Translations under genes and position numbers: made by a program
Shown: positions 9,301 through 18,474 of the stretch, piece after piece
How positions within the stretch are numbered: the first letter of the stretch is position 1
Layout of the letters: each line of letters starts with the position of its first letter
Notes under the pieces: model-generated
Seen by the model: only the letters and a program-made list of their open reading frames with translations
Told to the model about the DNA's origin: nothing
The model's database searches: none
IMG/VR virus record: IMGVR_UViG_3300047322_000608
Span: 11,870 to 75,869 of that record
Source of the DNA: a virus
Direction: 5' to 3' (one strand)
Length of the DNA stretch: 64,000 nt

Positions 9301-11606
9301 CCCCGTGGCAAGCTGCGGCTGTCAATCGGCGCGACGTTCCAAAGGCTGCCGACCAGCCGGCAAGGATCGTCGATGCCGTTGACCGTGATCGAACTCTGGA
9401 AGTAAAAGCGCCTGGACAAGATCGGCACCAGGTTCTGGATAATCGGATTGGCGAGCACCTTGGTTGCGATCAAGGTCGGCACAAGGTTGACGTTCTGGCA
9501 GCCGTAGATCTCCACCGTCATGGGGGTATTCGGGCTTTGCGATGCCATCAGGACCAGGAAGGCGCGGCAATCTTTCTCAGAGAAATCGTTTCCGAACGCA
9601 CCCATGCCACTCTGGAGTTGGCTCGCGTAAGGATTGCGCGATTCGTCGTAGGGCACCACGTCCCGGCGAAAGAAGATCTGGTCGTTGTTATCCCAATCCG
9701 GCGCGCCTTGAGGCTCGTTGGTCTTGCCGTAGATCAGAACGGCGCCATGTCCTGTCCCCATGATAAACCAATCCTGTTCAGCTCCGGAAGCCCGACCCGT
9801 CAACGGCTTGCGCACCGTGCAAGCCGCCGTGATAATCGCCGAGCTGGTTGAAATCGAGTTCCATTTGTAATCCCAGAGCAGGATCTGTTCGGGATAATAC
9901 GATCCTCTGACCGGCCAGACGAAGAGGATCTCGTGCGTGATCCCGTTCTCGGCCGCGAAGATGCGCTCGGTGTTGGCCAGGGTCGCTTGATCAAAGAAGA
10001 TGTTTGAGCAGCTCTCGAACTTCGGCAGGATCATCGGCTGCTGGTTGGTCAGGTCGAACCGGTAGAAGGCATTCCGGCCGGCGTAAATGTGGAACATCTC
10101 AGTCGGCGTCTCCGCCAGCCAGAGCGCGTGCCGATAGTAAAGGCCCTGCTCCTTCTGGATTCGACGCGCGGCAAAGGCGAACGGTTGCGCTGGATCTCCG
10201 AGGTACTGCCCAAGGAAGATCGAGGTGTCCTTGTAGATCACCAATTGATCAGCCAACGGCAGCATTTTTAAGATGGCGCTGCCGTCGTCCTGCAGGTCTT
10301 CAAACCCGACGATGGACCCGATCATATCGGTCGCCTGCACCACAGCGTTTGTTACCGTGCTCTGGGCGAACCCATCCAGAACGACGCTCGCCCCTGTCAC
10401 GTAGAGAATGTTGGCCGTGAAGTTGTCAGCCGTCGCGCCAGCGTGCGGCGCGCCAGCTCCCACCACCGTTATGCTCTCGCCGACCGAAAGGCCTTTCACC
10501 GGGTAGTCCAGCGTCAGGACGTTGGTGTAAGCCGCGATCGAGCCAGGCAGGAGAGCGGCCCACCTCCGCGGCTCTCCTGGCACTCCCCAGATCACCCGGA
10601 ACTGAGTGCGCGTCAGGTACTGGTCGTTGGTGTAGATAGCATACGGATCTGGCGCGGTGTTGAACCAGTTGGCCAGTTGGTCCGGCTGGATCTCCGACAC
10701 GTCCGCACCCATCAGGATGCCGTTGATCTCGGAGATCGTGTTGATTCGGGCTATCCCGTTCTCTCGCAGCTCGTAGATCGGAACAACCGAAAGCTCTTCT
10801 ACCCGGTAGGTGCAGAGGAGGTCGATCCCGTTATTGAAAACCATGTAGCCGTTGATCGAGACCGTCTCCCAACGGTGGCCCAGGTCAGAGTAGCCAGACC
10901 CGATCACGATCCAGTAACCCGGGTTGTCGTCGATGTAGCGGAGCTGGTGCGGCAACGTCCCGGGAGGATAATCGGCCGGGCTCTCCGACCAGTACATCAG
11001 CTCGCTCTCAGGGGTTCCCGGTGGGTAATCCCGCGCCAGCTTGGAAATGTAATCTCCATCCTCCAGCGCGTAGTAGCGGTAGAGCCGGTGATGGCTTCCC
11101 GCGATTACGGCTGTTTGGCCGTTGGGCCTGCGCGCGAGGCCGAGCAGGGTAATCTCCTCATCGGCTTGGGCAAAGAGCGACGTGCCTGAGTCCGGAGATA
11201 CCGGAGTTCCGCTGACTTCGTATTGGAAAGAGTTGCCGGTAACGGCGGTGACGATGAATGAGCCATTGTAGATTGGATCGGTTGCGCCTGTGACGATGAC
11301 GGTTTCTCCTGGTTCAAACCACTGTCCGGAAAGCCTGGTCGCCGTGACGGTTCCTCCCGAGAATGTCAGCGCGTCCAGGACGATGAGTGACGGAAACGGC
11401 TGGCCACCGACCGGCAGGGTCAGGTTGGGGTAGAAGTAGTCGTGTCCTTCGCGGCGAATCTCCTGATCCAGGTCGCGCCGGAAGTCGCGCTTGATTGAAT
11501 AGTTAAACGATCCGCAGTCATCCAAACTGCCGTTTGTAACCAGACTCCCGCCAAGCGCGGGCGCAACTTTGATGGGCCTGTAGCGATCTTTCTGCCGAGC
11601 GGCCAT
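9297..11606 (-). CDS. Putative tail tube/nozzle (head stabilisation) protein
   Basis: 769 aa beta-propeller-like composition (ILKMLPLADQLVIYKDTSIF), in the position of podovirus gp10/gp12-type nozzles. Confidence 0.55.
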   Translation of the reverse strand: MAARQKDRYRPIKVAPALGGSLVTNGSLDDCGSFNYSIKRDFRRDLDQEIRREGHDYFYPNLTLPVGGQPFPSLIVLDALTFSGGTVTATRLSGQWFEPGETVIVTGATDPIYNGSFIVTAVTGNSFQYEVSGTPVSPDSGTSLFAQADEEITLLGLARRPNGQTAVIAGSHHRLYRYYALEDGDYISKLARDYPPGTPESELMYWSESPADYPPGTLPHQLRYIDDNPGYWIVIGSGYSDLGHRWETVSINGYMVFNNGIDLLCTYRVEELSVVPIYELRENGIARINTISEINGILMGADVSEIQPDQLANWFNTAPDPYAIYTNDQYLTRTQFRVIWGVPGEPRRWAALLPGSIAAYTNVLTLDYPVKGLSVGESITVVGAGAPHAGATADNFTANILYVTGASVVLDGFAQSTVTNAVVQATDMIGSIVGFEDLQDDGSAILKMLPLADQLVIYKDTSIFLGQYLGDPAQPFAFAARRIQKEQGLYYRHALWLAETPTEMFHIYAGRNAFYRFDLTNQQPMILPKFESCSNIFFDQATLANTERIFAAENGITHEILFVWPVRGSYYPEQILLWDYKWNSISTSSAIITAACTVRKPLTGRASGAEQDWFIMGTGHGAVLIYGKTNEPQGAPDWDNNDQIFFRRDVVPYDESRNPYASQLQSGMGAFGNDFSEKDCRAFLVLMASQSPNTPMTVEIYGCQNVNLVPTLIATKVLANPIIQNLVPILSRRFYFQSSITVNGIDDPCRLVGSLWNVAPIDSRSLPRG

Positions 11607-11623
11607 GGCTTGTCCTTACAGGT

Positions 11624-12307
11624 TTACCCGCCGTCTTGAAAGACAAATTGGGATTCGCACCCTTCGTAACACGGCCCGAAAAGGTTGAGATCTAATCCGC
11701 TGGAGCTGTGGGTTCCGATCGTTCCAATGCTCATCGACCGGTTAATCATCGGCCTCCATGTCGATATACTTTCCCGTCTCAATCCCCAGTCCACGCTCCA
11801 ATCCCACATCTCGCCTCCCATGCTTGGATCCTGGTAAAACCAATACTTGCGCAGGATCGGGAACAGCTCTGGACGGTAGGCCATGCCGCCACCAAGTAGT
11901 CCGTGTAGGTCAACCCTGACCGCATGAGAATCGTTGCTTTGCGTATCATGCCAGCGCCTCAGACATAAGAGACCACGTTTGCCTGATTCGGAAAAGGCAT
12001 CTGCCATCAGAAGCGCATCCTTGGAAATCACGCAATCATCTTCCAAGTAAAGAACAAGCTCCGCGCCCAGTGCATTCGCAAAGGCCGCGGCCAGGAAGGT
12101 GTTCAGCCGGCAGCCGAGCTTGGCGGGGTTGCGGTTGAAGTGGATGGACCATGATCCGATCCGGGAGATGAGTTCAGCTACCGCCTGGTTAGGTTCGCAC
12201 GAGAAAACCAGGGTCCAATTCTGATTGCCGTTTGCCGCACGGATCGAATCCAGGCATTGAGCGAGCAGATCCGGACGGTCGTTGGTGGGAATACAAATGG
12301 CTTTCAA
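11624..12307 (-). CDS. Glycosyltransferase (GT-A fold)
   Basis: ICIPTNDRPDLLAQCLDSI and LYLEDDC (DxD-like) motifs; WDW. Confidence 0.75.
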   Translation of the reverse strand: MKAICIPTNDRPDLLAQCLDSIRAANGNQNWTLVFSCEPNQAVAELISRIGSWSIHFNRNPAKLGCRLNTFLAAAFANALGAELVLYLEDDCVISKDALLMADAFSESGKRGLLCLRRWHDTQSNDSHAVRVDLHGLLGGGMAYRPELFPILRKYWFYQDPSMGGEMWDWSVDWGLRRESISTWRPMINRSMSIGTIGTHSSSGLDLNLFGPCYEGCESQFVFQDGG

Positions 12308-12324
12308 ATGGCTTTCTTATGCAA

Positions 12325-12885
12325 TCAGTACTTGTGAACGATCCCTATCCCGCAGGTTGTGGATTTAGCGTCTTCCATGATCGTAACTGTTCTCCACTGA
12401 TCCCTTTGGATCTCACTCCAAAGCCTGGAAACCTGAACATCCGGCTGCCCGTGAGGAACAATGTCGTGGAACGCGACGATCCCACCTGGTGCTACCATCG
12501 GCATGTAATTGTCCCAATCTTTGAGGACGGCCTCATAATGGTGATCGGCATCGATAAACAGCCAATCGAACGGCCCGTGCTCTCTTACTTTTTCAACAAT
12601 CGCTTGGTCGTGGGAATTTCCCTGGATCGCTTCAATTGTGCATTGTCCGTTTTCCCAGGATGGGAACTCCTTACGATTGTCGTAGGTTGGATGGTAAATA
12701 TCCACAGCTGCGATCTTGGTTCCAGGCTGGCAGTTGTGAGACCAAGCCCACAAAGAACCGCCGCTAGCCGTCCCCAACTCAAGCACACGTTTAGGGCTGG
12801 CAATAATGAAATGCCTGATTAACCACTCGAATTCCCATCTCCTTTGGAGCAGTGGGAGACCGGCTGGAGGATAGTTTACTTTCAT
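12325..12885 (-). CDS. Class I SAM-dependent methyltransferase (Methyltransf_24-like)
   Basis: VLELGTASGGS, FDWLFIDADHHYE and GGIVAFHD motifs. Confidence 0.85.
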   Translation of the reverse strand: MKVNYPPAGLPLLQRRWEFEWLIRHFIIASPKRVLELGTASGGSLWAWSHNCQPGTKIAAVDIYHPTYDNRKEFPSWENGQCTIEAIQGNSHDQAIVEKVREHGPFDWLFIDADHHYEAVLKDWDNYMPMVAPGGIVAFHDIVPHGQPDVQVSRLWSEIQRDQWRTVTIMEDAKSTTCGIGIVHKY

Positions 12886-13229
12886 GATTCAGATTTGGTT
12901 TTGGATTCCATCAAATCCTGATCGGGCCAGAACTTCTCCTGGAGCGCGCGTTTGGCCAGGTAACGTTTCCGGTTAACCTGCTGCACCTCGCTCGCCCGTA
13001 TCTGGTCTTGCCCAGCCTTTGCGATGGCTTCGAACGTCAACCGATTGGCCTCATGGAGATCGAAGTACTCCGATGATTTCAGGATTGCGTCCAGGTTTTG
13101 AACTTGATCAGCCAGCATTGACATGACCTGCCTAGCCTGCCTTCCGACCCTGAGACCGTTGGCTGCCTTGATCTGGAGGATCGAAAGGAAATCGAAAGCG
13201 AATGCTTCGTCGCACGGGAGGAGGATCAT
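12882..13229 (-). CDS. Hypothetical protein
   Basis: ATG at 13229 coupled to the upstream stop; helical. Confidence 0.55.
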   Translation of the reverse strand: MILLPCDEAFAFDFLSILQIKAANGLRVGRQARQVMSMLADQVQNLDAILKSSEYFDLHEANRLTFEAIAKAGQDQIRASEVQQVNRKRYLAKRALQEKFWPDQDLMESKTKSES

Positions 13230-14791
13230 AATGCCGCATCCCAAGGACGGTTGAAGTTGAAGTAGCGAGCGCGCGGGTCCTGGTGCTGCCATTCCTTTGG
13301 GGGATAACCATGTGCCGCATCCGGGACAGCCACCGTGATCCTGCCCCCCGCAGCGATCATGAGGTGGGCATCGCCCGTATCAACGCCCAGGTACTGTCCG
13401 CACGCTGCGTAGATCCCAGACAGATCTTGCAGGCCAACGAAAGGCATCCGGGTTGCACCTGGAACAGTCAAATAATCTTCCCGCCCGAACTGCAAGAACG
13501 TCCGATCCTTAAACCGGGCCAGGATTGGTTCCCAGAAATCAGGCGGCCTTTGCCTCAGATGCGCCCAGTGGGCAGCGCACGTCGGGACAAAGCAGACCGG
13601 CTTGCTGTAATCAGCGAGCCACTGATGACCTGATTTGATCCGCTCTTCTGGAACGTTAATGACCGGAGTGCTACTCTCGCGATGCAGGCCGAATAGCTCC
13701 AGCTTAACCCTTCCGGAATGAACGCCTCCGACATGTCGGAACACCGGGTAAGCATCCGTGAATTCGATTGGGCAGAGGCCTTCGAAAAGGAACGCGAACC
13801 GTTCCAGCCGGCGCGGTAGTCGCATGATAGCCCGAGCGCCCAGCGCCTTGGCGATCGGCGTCACGCTCAGGGTGTCTCCCATCCCGTCCGCATCGGCCGC
13901 AGGGCCAAGCTCGTAAAACCCGTTGGGGTTGAGATACGGCAGCACATACGGATGTCCGATGTCCGGCCAGCGCACGGGCCCGCGAAAACAGAACTGAGAG
14001 TTGGGGCGCTTGAAGACGCAGTCTGGAGTCTTAGGCGAAGTTTCCTGGATCAAAGCCTTCCCCAAGCCCAAGGCAATTGCATTGGCGCAGCTCTGGTTAC
14101 CGATGAATAGCTGGCAGCCAGCGATCAGCCTGGCCAAAGCCAAGGCATCTGAGCACGGCGCCAGCTCGCAGAACTTTCCGAACTTGGCCGTCCACTCGTT
14201 CCACTCCTGCGTCGTGCCGCAGAACTTCATCCTGAACCCGTAACGGCGCACCGCTTCGTCCCACGGGAATTCATTGTTCTGATACCGTCCAGACCGATGA
14301 ATGACGACAGGGAACTTTGGGTCTTCGATCGGATTCGGCACCGTCAGCCACGGCTTATCCTCTGGCAACGGACCTGTTCCGAATCGTTTCGGATAAGCTT
14401 CGAAGAGCCGCCGCAATCCCAGCTTCTGCCTCTCGGCTGAGTTGGTCATCCAGATCTCACGGAACCGATTGAGATCGTGCGTAACCGATCCGGGCTGGCG
14501 ATCGGCGTATTCAGCCGAAGTCAGGTAAGGTTGGATCTTTAAGAGCGGCAAAAGCCAGCGATACCGCTGCGGATCCCGCTTTGAATTCACGTCCCACTTG
14601 GTGTCCGGCCCGATGTAAAGCTTTCCGCCGCCGATCTCTTTGATGAACAGCAGCGAATAGATGATGTCGCCGATGTCGCCGGAATGGTAGAAGACCTTCT
14701 CTTGCGCCGTCACGATTATTGGCTCCGGAAGCTCGATCTTCTGGGTGGGAAGCCGGACAACTTCTGGCGGCGCTGGCGGAGCTTTGATCAC
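13226..14791 (-). CDS. Tandem GT9 (heptosyltransferase-like) glycosyltransferase
   Basis: Two GT9-like modules: HSGDIGDIIYS...LFIGNQS and GMGDTLSVTP...YLGVDTGDAHLMIA. Confidence 0.75.
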   Translation of the reverse strand: MIKAPPAPPEVVRLPTQKIELPEPIIVTAQEKVFYHSGDIGDIIYSLLFIKEIGGGKLYIGPDTKWDVNSKRDPQRYRWLLPLLKIQPYLTSAEYADRQPGSVTHDLNRFREIWMTNSAERQKLGLRRLFEAYPKRFGTGPLPEDKPWLTVPNPIEDPKFPVVIHRSGRYQNNEFPWDEAVRRYGFRMKFCGTTQEWNEWTAKFGKFCELAPCSDALALARLIAGCQLFIGNQSCANAIALGLGKALIQETSPKTPDCVFKRPNSQFCFRGPVRWPDIGHPYVLPYLNPNGFYELGPAADADGMGDTLSVTPIAKALGARAIMRLPRRLERFAFLFEGLCPIEFTDAYPVFRHVGGVHSGRVKLELFGLHRESSTPVINVPEERIKSGHQWLADYSKPVCFVPTCAAHWAHLRQRPPDFWEPILARFKDRTFLQFGREDYLTVPGATRMPFVGLQDLSGIYAACGQYLGVDTGDAHLMIAAGGRITVAVPDAAHGYPPKEWQHQDPRARYFNFNRPWDAAL

Positions 14792-16338
14792 GCCACTTCA
14801 ACCGCTTTCCACTGCAACGCGAAAGTGTCGACGTTCTCGCCGCGGGTATCGAAGAACGAGAGCTGCAGTCGTTCCCGGCGCGCGGAGATGTAGGTCGACC
14901 CGTAGAATTCGTTGTAACGGAACTGGCTGCCTGTAACCGGTGGGTCATGGAACCCGCGCTTCTGCGCTCCACCCAACCCGCAAGTCACGTAGACCAGGCC
15001 GTCGACTAGGATCCGTTCGTAATTGTGGGCGTGGCCAGAGATAACCATGTGCGCTCCCCAAGTCTTGTAGGGCAAACGGAAAGCGGTGTTGCCGGGGTAA
15101 TGGTTGATGTCCGAGGTGTAGGGTGCCTCGTGCAGGACGACCACGTTCCAGAGATCCGCGCTCGCTTCCAGGAGCGGCTGCAGCCAGGCAGCCTGGGGCG
15201 CTGCCGGAAGATTGGTGTCGAGCACGAAGATGTGGCAGCGATCGTTGCCAGACTGAGGATGCCGAGTTTGCGGGATGAAATCGTAATAGGTCTTGCCCTG
15301 GTTCAGCGCGGCCTGGCGCGTGAGCAACGCCTGCAAGGCCGCTCCGCCGTCTGAGATGATGTCGTGATTGCCGAAGGACAAGTAGAAGTTCGATGGGATG
15401 TACAGCCCGTAATACTTGATCAGGTTGTCCTGAATCGTGATCGGGTCTCCGTCCGGATAGTTCGTATCGCCAAGGTGCATGACGAAGTCCGGTTCCAAGG
15501 TCTTGACCAGAACCGAGACAGCGTCCGTGTTCAGGATCGTAGCCGGCTCCCCCGAATCGCCAAAGGCACAGAACTCGGTGGTATCTTCGTTCGGCTGGCT
15601 CGGATTTGGGCAGCCACCTCCTGACCCATCCCGGCAACAGGTGCTCAATGAATTGGCGCATTTGTTGGCTTGGTTCGGGCTGTCCACATCCAGGCTCAGC
15701 CGTTTACGCTCCATCGAATCGGCAAATAACAGGGCCCGGCGCCGCACATACTCTGCCATGTAGGACCCGTGCTCAGCCAGGTCGTGGTCGACCAGGCGCG
15801 CGATCTTCGCCTTAACGAACAGCCCGACCGCTTCGGCTACGCCCAAGTCGAAAGGAACTTCGTCGTTGTCATCGAACGACGTCTTAACCCCTTCCCAGAA
15901 CAGGCTGATCTGATGCCGCTCTCCGACGCTCGGAAAGATCGTGAACTGCTGGCCCCAAGGATCAATCGCCATTAAGAACTGGGCATTGATAATCCTTGGA
16001 TTGCCGCAGACCAGATCGTAACGGTTGCCCCACGGATAGATGTTGAGCGGCTGGGAAACGCATTGCTGTCCGACCCGCTTGTAATACGCATCCAACGGCC
16101 GGCATTGCTGGCCTTGCGGGAATGACCCGACGCTCGCCAATCCGTCCAGGACTAAGTCGTTGGCGCCGTAGACCGTCTCGTGGCCGCCGCGGTAGAAGGG
16201 AATGATCTGCTGGATCTGAACCACCGAATAGACCAATTGCTGGCCGAGGTAGTTCGGGTTTCCGGTCGCGACGTTGATCCGCTCGTTATCGACCGGCAGA
16301 TCGATCAACACCGTGCCGACGAATTCAGACCATTTCAT
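14788..16338 (-). CDS. Putative head-tail adaptor domain fused to a calcineurin-like metallophosphoesterase
   Basis: C-terminal half has GDSG, LGDTNY, GNHD, HEAPY and SGHAHNYER. The N-terminal ~220 aa is adaptor-like by position and pattern. Confidence 0.7.
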   Translation of the reverse strand: MKWSEFVGTVLIDLPVDNERINVATGNPNYLGQQLVYSVVQIQQIIPFYRGGHETVYGANDLVLDGLASVGSFPQGQQCRPLDAYYKRVGQQCVSQPLNIYPWGNRYDLVCGNPRIINAQFLMAIDPWGQQFTIFPSVGERHQISLFWEGVKTSFDDNDEVPFDLGVAEAVGLFVKAKIARLVDHDLAEHGSYMAEYVRRRALLFADSMERKRLSLDVDSPNQANKCANSLSTCCRDGSGGGCPNPSQPNEDTTEFCAFGDSGEPATILNTDAVSVLVKTLEPDFVMHLGDTNYPDGDPITIQDNLIKYYGLYIPSNFYLSFGNHDIISDGGAALQALLTRQAALNQGKTYYDFIPQTRHPQSGNDRCHIFVLDTNLPAAPQAAWLQPLLEASADLWNVVVLHEAPYTSDINHYPGNTAFRLPYKTWGAHMVISGHAHNYERILVDGLVYVTCGLGGAQKRGFHDPPVTGSQFRYNEFYGSTYISARRERLQLSFFDTRGENVDTFALQWKAVEVA

Positions 16339-16341
16339 AGG

Positions 16342-16578
16342 CTACCTCAGAAAGCTCGCGATCACAGTGAACATGATGCCGAAAATAAAGCCGCATCCGA
16401 AGTACAACCATCGATAGTCCGCTGGAGGATTAAGCTCCTCGTTCATTTTGCGGACTTTCTCGGAAGCGAAGTAAGCCTCCCGTTCCTCTTGATTGACTTG
16501 CTTAAACCATTCCTGGGACCAGGGTTGTAATTCGACGTAGGGGGCCACGCCTGAAGAGTTAAGGCTCAAACATTTCAT
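16342..16578 (-). CDS. Small membrane protein
   Basis: C-terminal hydrophobic helix. Confidence 0.5.
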   Translation of the reverse strand: MKCLSLNSSGVAPYVELQPWSQEWFKQVNQEEREAYFASEKVRKMNEELNPPADYRWLYFGCGFIFGIMFTVIASFLR

Positions 16579-17075
16579 GCCGCTCTCTCCCGGTTGATGT
16601 TGAACTTCTTGCTGTTCTCCGGCCGCGGCAGCTTGGTCCCAATGGTCGCCGTGCTGGCCGCCTGCACTTCGCCGATCTTGATCACTTCGGCAATGTCCTT
16701 GATCGGCCCCACTGCCCCGGTCTCTTTAGAAGCCTTTGACACCGGCTCCGCCACAAGCGCCGCAGGACCCTTGCTGGGCGTTGGTCGCAGCGCGGCTTGC
16801 GGCAAGGTTGCGTTCCAGGGCTTGGAGGTACTCGAACTTGGCACTGGGAGAGCCTTTTTTTTTGTGCTATTCTCCCATTCCTCCTGGGAGATCTCCGTAA
16901 CTCCAGTGGTCGGATTCATGGTCAGCTCGCCCAAAGCGATCTGTTCCTCTTCATTGTCGGTCTGGTAAGCTCCTGGGATGGATCCGCCGTGGCAATCGAG
17001 CGCTTCAAAGATGAAACGCCTCCCATGAGACTGAATCGCCCGGGTCGCGTTCACTGCATAATAGAACTTGGTCAT
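16575..17075 (-). CDS. Hypothetical protein (N-terminal domain paralogous to the C-terminus of the upstream gene)
   Basis: ATG at 17075; VNAT...PGA...NP..GVTEI...WE domain. Confidence 0.6.
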   Translation of the reverse strand: MTKFYYAVNATRAIQSHGRRFIFEALDCHGGSIPGAYQTDNEEEQIALGELTMNPTTGVTEISQEEWENSTKKKALPVPSSSTSKPWNATLPQAALRPTPSKGPAALVAEPVSKASKETGAVGPIKDIAEVIKIGEVQAASTATIGTKLPRPENSKKFNINRERAA

Positions 17076-18076
17076 ACCTGCCATTTCCGTTTCGTCTCCC
17101 GCTCCCAATCATCCTTCGTTATCTCCGTTACGCCACTCGCCGGGTTGCAGGCAACCGCTGCCAAAAGGTTCTGTTCGTGTTCCAGCTCGGTCGCCAGCGC
17201 GCCTGGCAAAGAACCGGCAAAGCTTTCCAACCGTTCGAACGTAAAGGCGTTGCCGTTGATCTTGACCGGTTTGGTGGCGTTGACGCAATGGAAGAACCGT
17301 GCTGTCACCTTCTCCCTGCTGTAAACCACGTCATATCTCCAGACCGGATCCGCCGCGCATTCGCCGCTGTATTGGGATTGGTCCAGCATCTGGATCAACT
17401 TCCCTTTCTTGTCCTGATGAAATATGACGGCGCGCTTGTCGAGGATGCTCAGGCCCGGGACTGACCAGCCTTTGTCATGATGCCGGAAGACGTGTTGAAT
17501 TAGCGGGGTGATTCTGGCCGCCGCCAAGACTTCCGGACCAGCGTGCGTGTCGAATGCTTCGGTGTCAGGACAGTTTACCAGGGACGGCGCGTGCTTGCGC
17601 CAGGCTTTGCCGTAAACCCCGACCCCGGTCATGTGTGGAATATCCCAATCGACTCGGGCCCCCATAAAAGTCTTGCAGTCCAATTGCGCCATGGTCCATT
17701 CCTCTTTCAGGATGTCCAACCAGTTCGGCGTCAGCGGGACTGCGTCCGGCTCGAACCATAGCATGTCGTCCTGGTAGGCGGTGTATTCCGTTTGTTCCAC
17801 ATGGAACAATGCCTGAGAGAACATCCAGTTGGCCGCTCCTGGCCAGCCGCACTCGTGTTCGTCTGGAACGATGGTGTGGACGTCTTGGAAAATGGAGCGC
17901 GCCAAGTTGACGATCTCAACGCAACTGGAATGAATGCTTGCTTGGGCCGAGACGACCAGAAGCAGCCTCTCATCTTGCAGCGAATTGGCGTTTTTGGAAG
18001 AGAGGAACCCCATCCATTTCATCAGCCGCAGGGTTTGGCTGATGTCACCCGGATGGAAAGCTAAGGTTAGAATCAT
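17072..18076 (-). CDS. Glycosyltransferase-like protein with duplicated C-terminal domain
   Basis: GWPGAANWMF, LWFEPDAVPL..WLD.L..EW, HMTGVGVY; GT-A-like. Confidence 0.55.
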   Translation of the reverse strand: MILTLAFHPGDISQTLRLMKWMGFLSSKNANSLQDERLLLVVSAQASIHSSCVEIVNLARSIFQDVHTIVPDEHECGWPGAANWMFSQALFHVEQTEYTAYQDDMLWFEPDAVPLTPNWLDILKEEWTMAQLDCKTFMGARVDWDIPHMTGVGVYGKAWRKHAPSLVNCPDTEAFDTHAGPEVLAAARITPLIQHVFRHHDKGWSVPGLSILDKRAVIFHQDKKGKLIQMLDQSQYSGECAADPVWRYDVVYSREKVTARFFHCVNATKPVKINGNAFTFERLESFAGSLPGALATELEHEQNLLAAVACNPASGVTEITKDDWERETKRKWQV

Positions 18077-18124
18077 CCGCTTATTGCTGCCACGATGCCA
18101 CGGCAACCAAGGCCGTTCAATAGC

Positions 18125-18158
18125 AAAAGCGCCGGAGATCCCCGAAGAACTCCGGCGC
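18125..18158 (-). terminator. Rho-independent terminator after capsid genes
   Basis: Minus strand GCGCCGGAG-n12-CTCCGGCGC-TTTT. Confidence 0.75.
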
Positions 18159-18209
18159 CATGTCCCTACCAAGACATCCGCAACGCAGCCACGCTTTGCG
18201 GAAGATGAG

Positions 18210-18440
18210 TTACGTCGCCGTTACCGTAGTCCAGCCGGTAGCCAGACTGACGTCACTGGCTTTGACGTAGAGCACGCCTAATTCGTCGACACAAACCTTG
18301 CCAACCGAACCGTAGATGACTCCCTCGGGACCGCCCGGGATGAGTGGTGGTTGGCCTGGGGCAGCGTTGTAATCGCTGCCTTGAGTTGCTTTATCCCAGA
18401 GATTTGCTCCGGGAGAATTTAAGGGCGGCACAAGAGCCAT
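18210..18440 (-). CDS. Small virion/capsid-associated protein
   Basis: Directly after the capsid gene; PEGVIYGSVG...LYVKAS..TGW motif; AAAGGA RBS. Confidence 0.55.
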   Translation of the reverse strand: MALVPPLNSPGANLWDKATQGSDYNAAPGQPPLIPGGPEGVIYGSVGKVCVDELGVLYVKASDVSLATGWTTVTAT

Positions 18441-18474
18441 AAAGTTTAATTCCTTTCTGGTTTGATCGTTGCGG

